Source of the DNA: a bacterium
GTDB lineage: Bacteria; UBA8248
NCBI GenBank assembly: GCA_963692865.2
Contig: OY843592.1
Span: forward strand, 1,280,001 to 1,344,000
DNA: 64,000 nucleotides
Reading direction: 5' to 3'
Shown: piece by piece, positions 46,291 through 56,850 of the stretch
How the letters are laid out: every line of letters starts with the position of its first letter
Numbering within the stretch: the first letter of the stretch is position 1
Made by a program: the position numbers and the translations under genes
Notes under the pieces: model-generated
Databases searched by the model: none
What the model was told of the DNA's origin: nothing
Seen by the model: only the letters and a program-made list of their open reading frames with translations

Positions 46291-46400
46291 GGATATCCAG
46301 ATAGTGAGCGTATAGCGGATTTGCCCCGCGTCCGCTTGGCTTTTGGGGCTGGAACCTCCCTTGGGGAGTAGATAAACGCTGGCCGTATTGCAAAGGAAAG

Positions 46401-46745
46401 GTGATGGCTATCTTTACGTTGCAGGAAGCCCGCGATCTTCTGCCGCGGGTCAAGGAAGTGACGCAGCACTACCACGACGTCGTCGAGGAGTTGCGCGAAG
46501 AGTTGGAAAGCCCTGAAGGGTCGGACGATATCAAGCGCATCGAGGGACTCATGAACGACGCGGTCGGCGAGTGGGTGAAGGCCGTCAGAAACTTGGGCGT
46601 GGAAGTCAAAGGCTTGTGGCTGGCGGATTTCGATTCAGGAGACGGCTATTACTACTGCTGGAAACTCGGCGAGGACGACATCGAACATTTCCACGGCTAC
46701 GAAGCGGGGTTCGCAGGCCGCCGTCCCATTTCGTTGCTGGAGTAA
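46401..46745 (+). CDS. DUF2203 family protein
   Basis: FTLQEA..LLP.V, GVEVKGLWLADF, YYCWKLGE..I.HFH....GFAGRRPI. Confidence 0.85.
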   Translation: MMAIFTLQEARDLLPRVKEVTQHYHDVVEELREELESPEGSDDIKRIEGLMNDAVGEWVKAVRNLGVEVKGLWLADFDSGDGYYYCWKLGEDDIEHFHGYEAGFAGRRPISLLE

Positions 46746-46792
46746 GACAAGATATTTCTGACCGACGGAACCGCTCCCGCAGATGATTCCCC

Positions 46793-48016
46793 CTAGCCGT
46801 ATTGCAGGATCATGCCCGTCAGGCCCAGTTCGATGCAGCCGGCCACCTCGATGCAGCGAGAGTTCGCAGGCGGCATGACCACGCCGGTGATGCCCTCCCG
46901 GTAGAACCGCTCGAAAGGATAGCGCCGCGCGATGGAGCGGCCCCCCACGAGCCGCATCGCGTGCTGCACCACCTTGGCGCAGACCTCACACGAGACGTAT
47001 TTCGACTGCATGACGGTCTTCACCGTGTCCTGGTTCGCCATGCCGTCTCCCTGTTCCTTTACGTGACTCGCCTCGTAAAGCAGCATCCGCGCGGCCCTGA
47101 GTTCCGAGCTCAACTCGCCGATGTTGCTCTGGTACATCTCGTTGTGGCTCAAGGGTTCGGGGTTGGGCGGGTACTGCGTCGTCCGCACGTACTCCGCCAG
47201 ATGATTGTAGGCGCCTTCCGCGATGCCTAGATAGGCGGCGGAGAAGCCCAGGTGGAACATGGTGATGTCGATTTTCCCCAGCGCGCCGATGAAGTTCTCG
47301 CCCCCGAGGATGTCCTCGTTCGGCACGAAGGTGTCCTCGAAGATGATGTCGTCGCTCGCCGTTCCCCGCATCGACATGGTGTCCCACACCACCTTCACGG
47401 ATGAACCCGCGTAATCCTTGTGGAGCACGGCGGTCATGATGGCCTCGGCGGCGGTCTTTTTCCCCTCCAGGAACCCGGTCGTGAAGTAATAGTCGGCGTG
47501 CTCGCCTATCGAGGCGGAAATCTTCCTGCCGCTCAGCCGGTAGCCGCCCTCGACGGGAGAGAAGATGGTCTTGAGCGTCACGAGGTGCCGGAAGCTCATG
47601 CCGCGCTCCGCCGTGACGGAGGAGAACAGCTTGCCGTTCTCCACGATGTCTGGGAGCACGCGCTTTTTCTGCTCCTCGTTCGCGAGGGCGAAGAACAGGC
47701 TCACGCAGGTCTGGTGCATGTTCCAGGTCAGCGCGGTGGAAGCGCACGCCTTGCCCAGTTCGGCGAGCGCCATGTTGTAGGTGAGGGAATTGGCGCCCGA
47801 ACCGCCCCATTCCTCGGGGATGCACAGGGCGTTCAGGCCCGCGTCGACGAGCAGCTTGTAGTTCTCGGTGGGGAAGCGGCCCTCGCGGTCTATCTCGGCC
47901 GCAAGTTCTTCCATCTGGGGCGCGAGGGCTTTGATTTTGTCGATGATTTCCTTGTCGTATTTCAGATCCATGAGTGTTTCATAAGACTCACTCGCCGCGG
48001 TTGTGGGACCCATCAT
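46793..48016 (-). CDS. Acyl-CoA dehydrogenase-fold flavoprotein (atypical; flavin monooxygenase-like branch)
   Basis: DREGRFP, CASTAL.WNMH, LSGRK, WDTMSMRGTASDD, ERFYRE; AGGAGG RBS. Confidence 0.85.
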   Translation of the reverse strand: MMGPTTAASESYETLMDLKYDKEIIDKIKALAPQMEELAAEIDREGRFPTENYKLLVDAGLNALCIPEEWGGSGANSLTYNMALAELGKACASTALTWNMHQTCVSLFFALANEEQKKRVLPDIVENGKLFSSVTAERGMSFRHLVTLKTIFSPVEGGYRLSGRKISASIGEHADYYFTTGFLEGKKTAAEAIMTAVLHKDYAGSSVKVVWDTMSMRGTASDDIIFEDTFVPNEDILGGENFIGALGKIDITMFHLGFSAAYLGIAEGAYNHLAEYVRTTQYPPNPEPLSHNEMYQSNIGELSSELRAARMLLYEASHVKEQGDGMANQDTVKTVMQSKYVSCEVCAKVVQHAMRLVGGRSIARRYPFERFYREGITGVVMPPANSRCIEVAGCIELGLTGMILQYG

Positions 48017-48386
48017 CTTTCCTCCTGTTCATCGAGGCGAATAGCGTCGGCCTCGACATCAGACGGCAATTCGAATCAGGGGTCGAGCGGGAGGACATGC
48101 CCGACGCATCTCGTGTTCAACTCATCGCAATCTCCATCCATTGACGTTCCTGACCGTCCTGCTCCACCGGCTCGATTTTGAGAGGCGAACGCGCCGTATG
48201 GCGAAAGGCGCACCACTCCACTAGGGGCAGACGGCCATCATACCAGATACCTCTCCGAGTTTGACATCGCTTCTTCGAGGCATGTAATCTCCGCTGGGTT
48301 TTCATACTTTAACCCATTGAGATAATTCTTGCACCAGCCGTGAATTGGTTTTGGTTTCGTTGCTCGTGTTTTTCGGGAGATTTTCC

Positions 48387-49388
48387 ATGCCTCCCCGCAT
48401 ACTCGTCTCCACCACGCCGTTCGGTGAGATCGACCCCAAGCCCGTCGAGATGCTTGAAAGCGCAGGGGTGGAGTACGTGCGCAACACGCTGGGCAAACGC
48501 CCGAACGAGGATGAATTCGCCGAAATGATTCGCGATGGTTTCGACGCCGTCATCGCGGGTCTGGAGCCCTTCACGCCGAGAATACTGGATTTGGCTGCCG
48601 GGCTGCGGTTCATATCGCGCGCCACGGTGGGTCTCGAGACGGTGGATTTGAACGCCGCGCGCGAGAGAAACATTCTCGTGGCGAACACGCCCGGGGCCAA
48701 CTCGGAAGCCGTGGCGGAACTGACGCTCAGCCACCTGCTCACGCTCCTGCGCGGCGTGCATCGCTCGCACAACGCGCTCCTGCGCGGCGAGTGGCTCCAG
48801 TTCATGGGCCGCACGCTCGATGAGATTACCCTGGGCGTCATCGGCGTGGGCCGCATCGGCAAGCGGGTGATCCGCCACGTATCGGGCTTCGGCGCCAGGA
48901 TCATCGCGAACGATCTCGCGCCCGATCTGGAATTCGGCGAGCGCTACGGCGTGGAATGGACCGAAAAGGAAGAAATCTACCGGCGCGCCGACGCCGTCTC
49001 CCTCCACGTTCCCGCCACGCCGAAGACGATTCACATGGTGGGTGAAGACGAGATCGCGATGATGAAAAAAGGCGCGTTCCTCATCAACACGGCGCGCGGC
49101 GTCGTCGTGGACGATGAGGCGCTGGCGCGCGCGCTTCGCTCGGGCCGGCTGGGGGGCGCAGGCATAGACGTTTTTCCCGAAGAACCCTACCGGGGCGTCC
49201 TGACGGAAGCGCCCAACTGCATTCTCACCGCGCACCTGGGCGCGCGGGCGCGCTCCTCTCGACTGCAGATGGAACTGGACGCGACGGAAAACGTCCTGTG
49301 CTTTCTGGCGGGCGAGCCGGTTCCGGGCCTCGTGCCGGATGAGGAATATGAGATGCAGCGCATCATCACCGCCGACGCGAACGCCTGA
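48387..49388 (+). CDS. D-2-hydroxyacid dehydrogenase (phosphoglycerate dehydrogenase-like)
   Basis: NTPGANSEAVAE, GVGRIG, LINTARG, DVFPEEP, TAHLG. Confidence 0.92.
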   Translation: MPPRILVSTTPFGEIDPKPVEMLESAGVEYVRNTLGKRPNEDEFAEMIRDGFDAVIAGLEPFTPRILDLAAGLRFISRATVGLETVDLNAARERNILVANTPGANSEAVAELTLSHLLTLLRGVHRSHNALLRGEWLQFMGRTLDEITLGVIGVGRIGKRVIRHVSGFGARIIANDLAPDLEFGERYGVEWTEKEEIYRRADAVSLHVPATPKTIHMVGEDEIAMMKKGAFLINTARGVVVDDEALARALRSGRLGGAGIDVFPEEPYRGVLTEAPNCILTAHLGARARSSRLQMELDATENVLCFLAGEPVPGLVPDEEYEMQRIITADANA

Positions 49389-49426
49389 ACCGGGAATTAT
49401 ATCCTCCCAAACTTTGGAGTCATTCG

Positions 49427-50191
49427 ATGCCCAAGACACCTGATTATTTCGCGGGAAAAACCCTCATCGTCACCGGCGCGGCCAGCGGCATCGGCAAGGA
49501 GACCTCGCTCATTTTCGGGCGCGAAGGGGCCAACGTCTTCTGCGCGGACCTGGACGAGGAAGGCGCCGCCGAGGTCGCCGAGCGCGTTACGGAAAACGGC
49601 GGCCGGGGCGTTCACATGAAGGCGGACGTCACCTCGCGCGAGGAGGCGTTCGCCATGACGAGGCGCGCAAAGGAGCGTTTCGGCCGCGTCGATTTTTCGC
49701 TCAACTCCGCGGGGGCGGCTCTCAGGCGTTCAGATTTCTTAGGCATCGAAGACGACCTTTGGGAGCGGACGTTCGATTTGAACGTCAAGGGCGTTTTCTA
49801 CTGCATGCAGGCCGCGATTCCCGAAATGCTCGAAAACGGCGGAGGCGTCATCGTCAACATCGGGAGCATGGCGCACAAGCGCGGAGGCCCCGGCCACTCG
49901 GTGCACTACGCGGCGGCGAAGGGTGCGGTGGTGACGATGAGCATGGGTGTGGGCCGCGAGTTCGCGGACAGGGGCATCCGGTGCATGTCCATATCGCCGG
50001 GGCCCATCGACACGCCGTTTCACGACGTCTCCTCGGAGGCGCTCAAGGAGTCGATGCGCGCTCAGATACCGATGGGCCGCTTCGGCACGCCGGAGGAGAT
50101 CGGCGAGCTGGTGCTGTTCATGTGCTCGGATGCGTGCGCGTTCATGACGGCGGACACCGTGTACGTGAACGGCGGCGGGGGCTGGAAGTAG
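49427..50191 (+). CDS. Short-chain dehydrogenase/reductase
   Basis: TGAASGIG, NSAG, YAAAK, PGPIDT. Confidence 0.93.
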   Translation: MPKTPDYFAGKTLIVTGAASGIGKETSLIFGREGANVFCADLDEEGAAEVAERVTENGGRGVHMKADVTSREEAFAMTRRAKERFGRVDFSLNSAGAALRRSDFLGIEDDLWERTFDLNVKGVFYCMQAAIPEMLENGGGVIVNIGSMAHKRGGPGHSVHYAAAKGAVVTMSMGVGREFADRGIRCMSISPGPIDTPFHDVSSEALKESMRAQIPMGRFGTPEEIGELVLFMCSDACAFMTADTVYVNGGGGWK

Positions 50192-50202
50192 GGCGCGCTA
50201 GG

Positions 50203-50427
50203 TCATCTTCTCGAAAACAGGTTCAAGAGCAGCGTCAGCACGATGCTGATGACGATGCAGGTCACCACCGGGAAGGAAAAACTCCAGTTCTTGCCGCGCA
50301 GGTGAATGTCGCCCGGCAGTTTTCCCAGAAACGGAATCTTGGGCGCAACCAGAAATATCACTCCCAAGACCATCAGGACCGCGCCGAGCAGAATCAGCGT
50401 TTTCCCGAAACCGCCGAAAGGCTCCAT
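50203..50427 (-). CDS. DUF2905 family small membrane protein
   Basis: LGKLPGDI......FSFPVVTCIVISIVLT, commonly found next to ruvB. Confidence 0.88.
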   Translation of the reverse strand: MEPFGGFGKTLILLGAVLMVLGVIFLVAPKIPFLGKLPGDIHLRGKNWSFSFPVVTCIVISIVLTLLLNLFSRR

Positions 50428-50442
50428 CTGCGTTCTTTCCTT

Positions 50443-51507
50443 TTAAGGGGATGTCTCGGTTTCTTCATCCTTCGCGGCGCCCTCCCAAAGCTCCCGCTGG
50501 GCCCCTTTTGGCAGCGCGGCGCCAAGGTGTGAATACGCCGCCGAGGGCGCACGCCTGCCGCCGCGCGTCCTCTGCACGAAGCCCGCCCGCAGCAGGAACG
50601 GCTCCACCATGTCCACGAGGGTGTCCGTCTCCTCGTTCATGGTGGCGGCGATGGCCTCCACCCCCACCGGACCGCCGCCGTACTGGTCGATGATCGTCCT
50701 CAGATACTTCCTGTCCAGCCCGTCGAGACCCAGTTCGTCCACGCCCTCCATGGCGAGCGCCTCGCGCGTCTTGGAGAGGCTGATGGCGCCGTCGCCGCGC
50801 GCCTGGCAGTAATCGCGCGTCCAGAGCAGGAGCCGGTTCGCCGTGCGCGGCGTGCCCCGGCTTCTCCGGGCGAGTTCGCTCGCAGCTTCTTCTTCGATAG
50901 GGGCTTCGAGGCGAGCCGCGCTCCTCAGGAGTATCTGCACGAGCTCGTCTTCTGAATAAAAATCCACGTGGTAGACGAGATAGAAGCGCTCCCTCAAGGC
51001 GGCGGTCAGGGCGCCGGGGCGCGTCGTGGCGCCCACGGCCGTGAATATCTTGAGCGGGAAGTTGATGGTGCGGGCCATGGGGCCTCGGTCGACGACGAAG
51101 TCCACGCGGTAGTCCTCCATCGCGGGGTAGAGGAATTCCTCGACCGCGCTGGGCATCCGGTGGATCTCGTCGATGAAGAGCACGTCGCCCTGCGTGAGGC
51201 CCGTGAGGATTCCCATGAGGTCCGCGGGCCTCGATAGAGAGGGGCCGGAGGTCTTGACGAGGCGCGTTCCCATCTCTTCGGAGATGATGTGTGAAAGCGT
51301 GGTTTTCCCCAGACCCGGCGGCCCGTGGAAGAGAATGTGGCCCAGGGGTTCGTTCCTCTTGCGCGAGGCTTCGAGCGCAATCCGCAGCTTGGCCACGAGA
51401 TCGGTCTGGCCCACGTATTCTTCGAGCCTCGAGGGTCTGAGCGAGGTGAAGGTTTGCTCCTCCGCCGGACTCGCCGCCTTGGCGCTCACGCGCCGCTCGA
51501 TGACCAT
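50443..51507 (-). CDS. ruvB: Holliday junction branch migration helicase RuvB
   Basis: LRP..L.EYVGQ, GPPGLGKTT, FIDEIHR, SRGTPR, GGPVG, EPFL. Confidence 0.98.
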   Translation of the reverse strand: MVIERRVSAKAASPAEEQTFTSLRPSRLEEYVGQTDLVAKLRIALEASRKRNEPLGHILFHGPPGLGKTTLSHIISEEMGTRLVKTSGPSLSRPADLMGILTGLTQGDVLFIDEIHRMPSAVEEFLYPAMEDYRVDFVVDRGPMARTINFPLKIFTAVGATTRPGALTAALRERFYLVYHVDFYSEDELVQILLRSAARLEAPIEEEAASELARRSRGTPRTANRLLLWTRDYCQARGDGAISLSKTREALAMEGVDELGLDGLDRKYLRTIIDQYGGGPVGVEAIAATMNEETDTLVDMVEPFLLRAGFVQRTRGGRRAPSAAYSHLGAALPKGAQRELWEGAAKDEETETSP

Positions 51508-51517
51508 GGTTTTCTCC

Positions 51518-52153
51518 CTACCGGCTCAGCCGGAACACTTCCTGCAGGATGGCCTCGGCCTCCGCCTCCGCGCCCAGGGCGGCGACGGCGCGCTCCACGA
51601 GGTTCTCCGCCTCGGGCGTCCGGTAGCCCAACTGCCCCACCAGCACGGCCATGACGTCCCCGTGCAGGGGCGCGGCGTCTTGACGCTCGGCGGGCGGCGG
51701 CGCGAGGTCTCCCGTGAGGTGAAGCTCCGCAATCTCCTCTCTGAGGGTGGAGATCACCTGCTCGGCCTTCTTCCTGCCGATGCCGGGCAGTTTCGTGAGG
51801 AGCGTGGCGTTCGCCGCCGCGATGGCTTCCGCAATCTGGAGGGGAGGCAGGCCCATCGCCCGCACCCCGCTTTTGGGGCTGATGCCGGGCACCTTGATGA
51901 AAGAGAGGAAAAACGCCCTCTCTTCCGCCGAGAGGAACCCCACCAGCCGGGGCAGGAGCTGGCCCGTGGCCACGTTTCCCTCCAGGTAATGATGGGTGTG
52001 GAGTTCCACCGCCTCGCGCGCGCCCATGAGGGCTTGCAACTCATGCACCGCGTATCCGCCCACCTGGATTTCGTAGGCGAGCCCGGTCGGCGTCTTCAGG
52101 ATGACGCATTCGTCCTGGACGTCGATGATCTCGCCCGATATCCGGCGGATCAT
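51518..52153 (-). CDS. ruvA: Holliday junction binding protein RuvA
   Basis: MIRRISG, GLAYEI, HhH motifs VPGISPK and LPGIGRKKA, C-terminal QLGY; lies between ruvC and ruvB. Confidence 0.92.
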   Translation of the reverse strand: MIRRISGEIIDVQDECVILKTPTGLAYEIQVGGYAVHELQALMGAREAVELHTHHYLEGNVATGQLLPRLVGFLSAEERAFFLSFIKVPGISPKSGVRAMGLPPLQIAEAIAAANATLLTKLPGIGRKKAEQVISTLREEIAELHLTGDLAPPPAERQDAAPLHGDVMAVLVGQLGYRTPEAENLVERAVAALGAEAEAEAILQEVFRLSR

Positions 52154-52683
52154 GCGCCGCTCCCGACCGCCTGCTCTCGCCTCAAGTGGCTGCGGTCGAT
52201 GTGGCAATACGCGGCGGCGATGGCGTCGGCCACGTCGGCGGGTTCGGGCAAATCGTGCAGTCTGAGTCGTTGCCGGACCATGTGCTGCACCTGCGCCTTC
52301 GTGGCGCGTCCGGCGCCGACGAGCGATTTCTTGATCTCCGTGGCCGCGTAGCTGGCCACGGGCACGCGCGCCTGCGACGCGGCGAGGAAGATTACGCCCC
52401 GCGCGTGCCCCATGATGATGGAGGTGCGGGGGTGCTTGTAGTGGCTGTAGAGGTTCTCCACCGCCATGACGTGGGGTTCGTTCGTCTCGATGATGTGGGC
52501 GAGGTCCTTGTGCAACTCGTAGAGTCGCTTCTCGATGGGCGCGCTCGAATCGTTTTTGAGTATGCCGCCGTCCACCAGGCGCGGTTCGTATTCGCCTTCA
52601 TCGAGGCGCAGGACGGCGTAGCCCGTCACGCCAAGGCCGGGGTCCACGCCCAGAACGCGGAATGTGCCTGCGGATTGCGTCAA
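52150..52683 (-). CDS. ruvC: Holliday junction resolvase RuvC
   Basis: LGVDPG...TGY, AVE, GHARGV, G.GRATKAQV, DVADA. Confidence 0.96.
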   Translation of the reverse strand: MTQSAGTFRVLGVDPGLGVTGYAVLRLDEGEYEPRLVDGGILKNDSSAPIEKRLYELHKDLAHIIETNEPHVMAVENLYSHYKHPRTSIIMGHARGVIFLAASQARVPVASYAATEIKKSLVGAGRATKAQVQHMVRQRLRLHDLPEPADVADAIAAAYCHIDRSHLRREQAVGSGA

Positions 52684-52714
52684 AAGAAAACCCCACGGGC
52701 GGTGGGTCGTTCGT

Positions 52715-53464
52715 TTATACGGATGCCTCCGCCATCTGTTCTTCTGAAATGTCGAAGTTCGCGTAGACGTTCTGCACGTCGTCGTTGTCCTCGAGCGCCT
52801 CCATGAGGCGAAGCATCTGTTCCGCCTGTTTTCCCTCGAGTTTCACCGTCGATTTGGGCAGCATGGCGAGCTCTGCCGATTCCGTCGGTATCCCGCTGTT
52901 CTCGATCGCCTCGCGCACGGACTCGAACGCATCGGGCGGGGTGTGTATCTCGAAGAAATCATCGGTGGATTCGAAGTCCTCCGCTCCCGTTTCGAGCGCG
53001 AGTTCCATGAGCGTATCCTCGTCCACGCTCTCCCGGGAGACGAGGAACAGGCCCTTTTTCTCGAAGTTCCACGCCACGGCGTTCGGCTCCGCCATGGTGC
53101 CGTTGTTCTTCGTCAGGATGTGGCGGATTTCCGCACCCGTGCGGTTGCGGTTGTCGGTGAGCACCGCGATGAGAATCGCCACCCCGTTGGGGCCGTAGCC
53201 CTCGTAGGCGCATTCCTCGTAGTTCACGCCTTCGAGCTCGCCCGTTCCCTTGGCGATGGCGCGCGTGATGTTCTCCTGGGGCATGTTGGCCCCTTTCGCC
53301 GTCTGGATGGCCGTGCGCAAGCGGGGGTTGCCGTCGGGGTCTCCCCCGCCGAGCCGGGCCGCGATGGTGATTTCCTTGATGAGTTTGGTGAAAATCTTGC
53401 CGCGCTTGGCGTCGAGCGCGCCTTTTTTCCGCTTGATGGTGCTCCATTTGGAATGACCGGACAT
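52715..53464 (-). CDS. yebC: YebC/PmpR family protein
   Basis: [36 protein letters not shown]. Confidence 0.97.
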   Translation of the reverse strand: MSGHSKWSTIKRKKGALDAKRGKIFTKLIKEITIAARLGGGDPDGNPRLRTAIQTAKGANMPQENITRAIAKGTGELEGVNYEECAYEGYGPNGVAILIAVLTDNRNRTGAEIRHILTKNNGTMAEPNAVAWNFEKKGLFLVSRESVDEDTLMELALETGAEDFESTDDFFEIHTPPDAFESVREAIENSGIPTESAELAMLPKSTVKLEGKQAEQMLRLMEALEDNDDVQNVYANFDISEEQMAEASV

Positions 53465-53705
53465 GACGGGTACTCCTGCGATTCACCTGCGGTGGATTCT
53501 ATCCCTCTCCATCCGAAGGACATTCGTCTTCACGAGGCATTCTGACTATAATTTCTAGCATGGGGGGCGGTGGGAGTAAAGACTCGGGCCTGCCGGGCGC
53601 GGTCTCGAAAAGCCCCGCGTGGACACCTCGGCGACGGGGTGATATTTTTCCGCCGGACGTTTCCGGGGAGGATGGGTTCTGAGTTCTCGAAAAACAGTGT
53701 CTTCC

Positions 53706-54668
53706 ATGAATCCTGTCGAGAGAGGCGCGCGGACGCTTCGGATCGAAGCCGAGGCGCTCGCGGGGCTCATCGAACGGCTGGATGAAGGGTTCATCCGGGC
53801 GGTCGAAATCGTCTTGGGGTGCAAGGGAAAGGTCGCGGTGACCGGCATGGGCAAGAGCGGGCTGATCGGGCAGAAGATTTCCGCCACGCTTGCGAGCACG
53901 GGCGCGCCGTCTTATTTCCTTCACCCCGCCGAGGGCGTTCACGGCGATCTGGGCATGGTGACGAAAGACGACGCCGTCGTCGCGCTCTCCTACAGCGGCG
54001 AGACGGACGAGGTGGTGCGCATCCTGCCCGTCTTCGCCCGTCTGGGGGCGCCGCTCATCGCCATCACCGGGGCCGAGAATTCCACCCTCTGGCGCGCGGC
54101 GCAGGCCGTGCTGAACATTCACGTAAAAGAAGAAGCCTGCCCGATTCAACTCGCTCCCACGGCGAGCAGCACCGCCGCCTTGGCGATGGGCGATGCGCTG
54201 GCGATGGCCGTTCTGGAGGCGCGGGGGTTTCAGCCCGAGGATTTCGCGCGCTTCCATCCCGGCGGGGTTCTGGGGAAGAAGCTCATTCGCGTGAAAGAGT
54301 TGATGGTTACGGGCGGCGACGTCCCGCGCGTGGACGAGGCGGCTTCCCTGGCTCAGGTCGTGCGCGAGATGAGCGCCAAGAGGCTGGGGATGACGTGCGT
54401 GGCGGGTCCGGGTCAGGAGTTGCGCGGCGTCATCACGGACGGGGACTTGAGGCGCGCGATGGAGAAGATTGGTGAGTTGCCCGGGCTTACGGCGAAAGAA
54501 CTAATGACGGCCGCTCCAAAGACCATCGACGAAGACGAAATGGCCGCCGCCGCGGTTCAGATGATGGAGGCGAGCGCCATTACGTGCCTGGCGGTCACCG
54601 AAGGCCCGGATGGACGCCTGGCGGGCGTGTTGCACTTACACCACCTGCTGCGCGCGGGCGTGGTGTAG
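53706..54668 (+). CDS. kdsD: Arabinose-5-phosphate isomerase (KpsF/GutQ family)
   Basis: TGMGKSG, HPAEGVHGDLG, SYSGET, APTAS, FHPGG, two CBS domains. Confidence 0.93.
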   Translation: MNPVERGARTLRIEAEALAGLIERLDEGFIRAVEIVLGCKGKVAVTGMGKSGLIGQKISATLASTGAPSYFLHPAEGVHGDLGMVTKDDAVVALSYSGETDEVVRILPVFARLGAPLIAITGAENSTLWRAAQAVLNIHVKEEACPIQLAPTASSTAALAMGDALAMAVLEARGFQPEDFARFHPGGVLGKKLIRVKELMVTGGDVPRVDEAASLAQVVREMSAKRLGMTCVAGPGQELRGVITDGDLRRAMEKIGELPGLTAKELMTAAPKTIDEDEMAAAAVQMMEASAITCLAVTEGPDGRLAGVLHLHHLLRAGVV

Positions 54669-54725
54669 ATTTTCCCCTTAGACTGATTCCTCCGAACCGC
54701 CCAGGCGCAGCGTCGGCTCTTCGAC

Positions 54726-55469
54726 TCATTTCCACCCCGAAGGCCCGAAAATCAGCAAAGCGAGCGCTGCGGCTATCATCAGCAACAGGCCGACCGTGAA
54801 GCCCAGAGCGGGCGGGATGCGCCCGCGCAACAATCTTCCCAGCAGGAATCCGGCGACGGCGGGCAGAATCGATACGGCGGAGCGCGCCGACTCGAAGGCC
54901 CCCAGCGCGCCCGAGCCGCTCAGCACCGCTATCTGAACGCTCGCGAACACCAGTGCGCCGGTGTAGGTGAGCCGCATCATCCGGGCGCGGCCCGCGCCCG
55001 TACTGTCGAGATACATGATGCTGACGGGATTGCCCGCGTAGGAAAAGCCGCTCAGGCCGCCTGCGAAGAATCCGGCCAGATAGGTGAAGAAAGTCTCGTC
55101 GCGCATGTCGAGCTGGATTCTCTGGCGCGAGATGCTGTAGACGGCGAACAGCAGCACCAGGACGCCCACCGACCACTTGAGGAACGTGGGGGGGCTGGAT
55201 ATGAGCACCAGCACGCCCACGGCGGCGCCCGCCGCGCCCGCGCCCAGGAAGGGCATGAGGCGTTTGAGCGAAGGGGCGGGAACGCCGCCTCCGATTGCGC
55301 GAATCGCCACCAGGATGAGGTTCGGAATCGAAAGGGTGAGCACGGAATCACGCACCCCGATGAGCGCGCCCAGCGCGGGCGTGGCCAGGAGGCCGAAGTC
55401 TATCCCCGCGGCGCCCTCCAGAAACGCCGCGGCGAAGACGAGAAGCGTGATATCCCAGGTAGGCCACAT
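54726..55469 (-). CDS. TSUP (TauE/SafE) family exporter
   Basis: About 8 TM segments; G..G.DFGLLATP, AGFFAGGLSG. Confidence 0.82.
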   Translation of the reverse strand: MWPTWDITLLVFAAAFLEGAAGIDFGLLATPALGALIGVRDSVLTLSIPNLILVAIRAIGGGVPAPSLKRLMPFLGAGAAGAAVGVLVLISSPPTFLKWSVGVLVLLFAVYSISRQRIQLDMRDETFFTYLAGFFAGGLSGFSYAGNPVSIMYLDSTGAGRARMMRLTYTGALVFASVQIAVLSGSGALGAFESARSAVSILPAVAGFLLGRLLRGRIPPALGFTVGLLLMIAAALALLIFGPSGWK

Positions 55470-55487
55470 CGGCTCGGGCGTATCCGG

Positions 55488-56486
55488 CTAGAGGTTCAGC
55501 AGGCGCTGGATGTTCTTGTGCGATACGTTTTCGTATTCTTCCCGGCTCAGTCCCGCTCGCCCGAGCGTTTCGACCGCTTCGGTGTCCGTCATGTCGTAGG
55601 GCAGGTCCGTGCCCAGCACGACCCGGTCTCCCCCCATGACGTCCACCAGAAATCGCACGACGGGCGGGTGGAACACCAGCATGTCCAGATAGAAGTTCGA
55701 GCGAAGATATTCCAGCGGCGGGCGCGATATGTTCTTGCACTCGGGCCGCACCTTCCAGCCGTGGGCGAAGCGCCCGACCAGATAGGGCGCGGTTCCCCCG
55801 CCGTGCAGGAAGATGAAGGTGAGGTTCGGCAGCCTGTCGAATATGCCGGAGAAGATGAGCCGGCCGATGCTGTTCGCGCTCTCCGTCGGGAATCCGACCA
55901 GGTTGAACAGGTGATATTCCTTCATCTGCGCTGCGCCCGCCGGGTTGGCCGGATGAACGATGATGGGGGCGTTCATGCCCGCCGCCGCCTCGTAGATGGG
56001 ATAGAAACGCTCATCGTCGAGGTAGCGCCCGTTCACGTTCGTGCTCAGAAATCCGCCCTTGAGCCCCAGTTTGTTGACACAGCGTTCGAGCTCCTTCACC
56101 GAGAGGTCGGCGTTCTGCGCGGGGAGCGACGCCAGGCCGTGGAATTTCGTGGGGTGTTTCTCGATGATGGCGGCGTAGGCGTCGTTTGCCGCCTGGCAGA
56201 GTTCATCGGCAAGGCCGTCGTCGGCCCAGTAGACGCCCGGGTTCGATGAGAAGGAGAGGATGTTCATGTCCAGGTTCATCTCGGCCATGGTCTTGAGCCT
56301 CAAGTCCACGTTGGTGAAAGGCTCGATGGGCGGGTGCATCATGCCCTTGATGTCAACGATGCGCTCGCCTTCCGCGTTCGTGGTGAGGCGGACGCCGTAG
56401 CGCGGACCCTCTTTCTCCAGGATTTCAAAGTATTCGTCCGGGTATATGTGGCAATGAGCGTCGATGTGCATTCTTATCGTCTCCAT
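55488..56486 (-). CDS. Amidohydrolase family 2 protein (ACMSD-like decarboxylase)
   Basis: IDAHCH, IVHP, HGGG..PYL.GR, GTDLPY. Confidence 0.9.
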   Translation of the reverse strand: METIRMHIDAHCHIYPDEYFEILEKEGPRYGVRLTTNAEGERIVDIKGMMHPPIEPFTNVDLRLKTMAEMNLDMNILSFSSNPGVYWADDGLADELCQAANDAYAAIIEKHPTKFHGLASLPAQNADLSVKELERCVNKLGLKGGFLSTNVNGRYLDDERFYPIYEAAAGMNAPIIVHPANPAGAAQMKEYHLFNLVGFPTESANSIGRLIFSGIFDRLPNLTFIFLHGGGTAPYLVGRFAHGWKVRPECKNISRPPLEYLRSNFYLDMLVFHPPVVRFLVDVMGGDRVVLGTDLPYDMTDTEAVETLGRAGLSREEYENVSHKNIQRLLNL

Positions 56487-56566
56487 GAAGGGAAAAGCCG
56501 AACCGGATTGTTAGCACCCGCGAACGAGGGGTGTCAATGATGAGGCTTAATCAAACCGATGAAGCA

Positions 56567-56720
56567 AGGGGTTGTTGAAATACCCGGCACTTGAACAAAC
56601 GCGTTCTGCTCGTTTTGCATACCGCTGTGTCTACCTCACCCTGAGTAGCCGCCGAAGGCGGCGTATCGAAGGGTCGCTCCCTCGATACGGCGCGTGAGCG
56701 CGCCTACTCGGGATGAGGGT
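56567..56720. repeat. MITE-like end and CTCAYCCTGAG hairpin repeat
   Basis: GGGGTTGTTGAAA; CCTCACCCTGAGTAGCCGCCGAAGGCGGCGTATCGAAGGG...CTACTCGGGATGAGGG matches the element at ~33019-33160. Confidence 0.75.
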
Positions 56721-56850
56721 GGGATTACGGGAATGGGCGACGAACGAGTTGCAAGCAATTTTCCCTTAAAGGGGCATTTAAAAAAAACCGGCAAGGGTGG
56801 GATTTGCGCGGTGGGCTCTGAAGATTTCTACATCGTCAATGGCTGAAAAT

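Noticed and set aside
50203-54668. yebC-ruvC-ruvA-ruvB-DUF2905 and kdsD block as a novel system
   Set aside because: Widely conserved housekeeping arrangement with canonical motifs.
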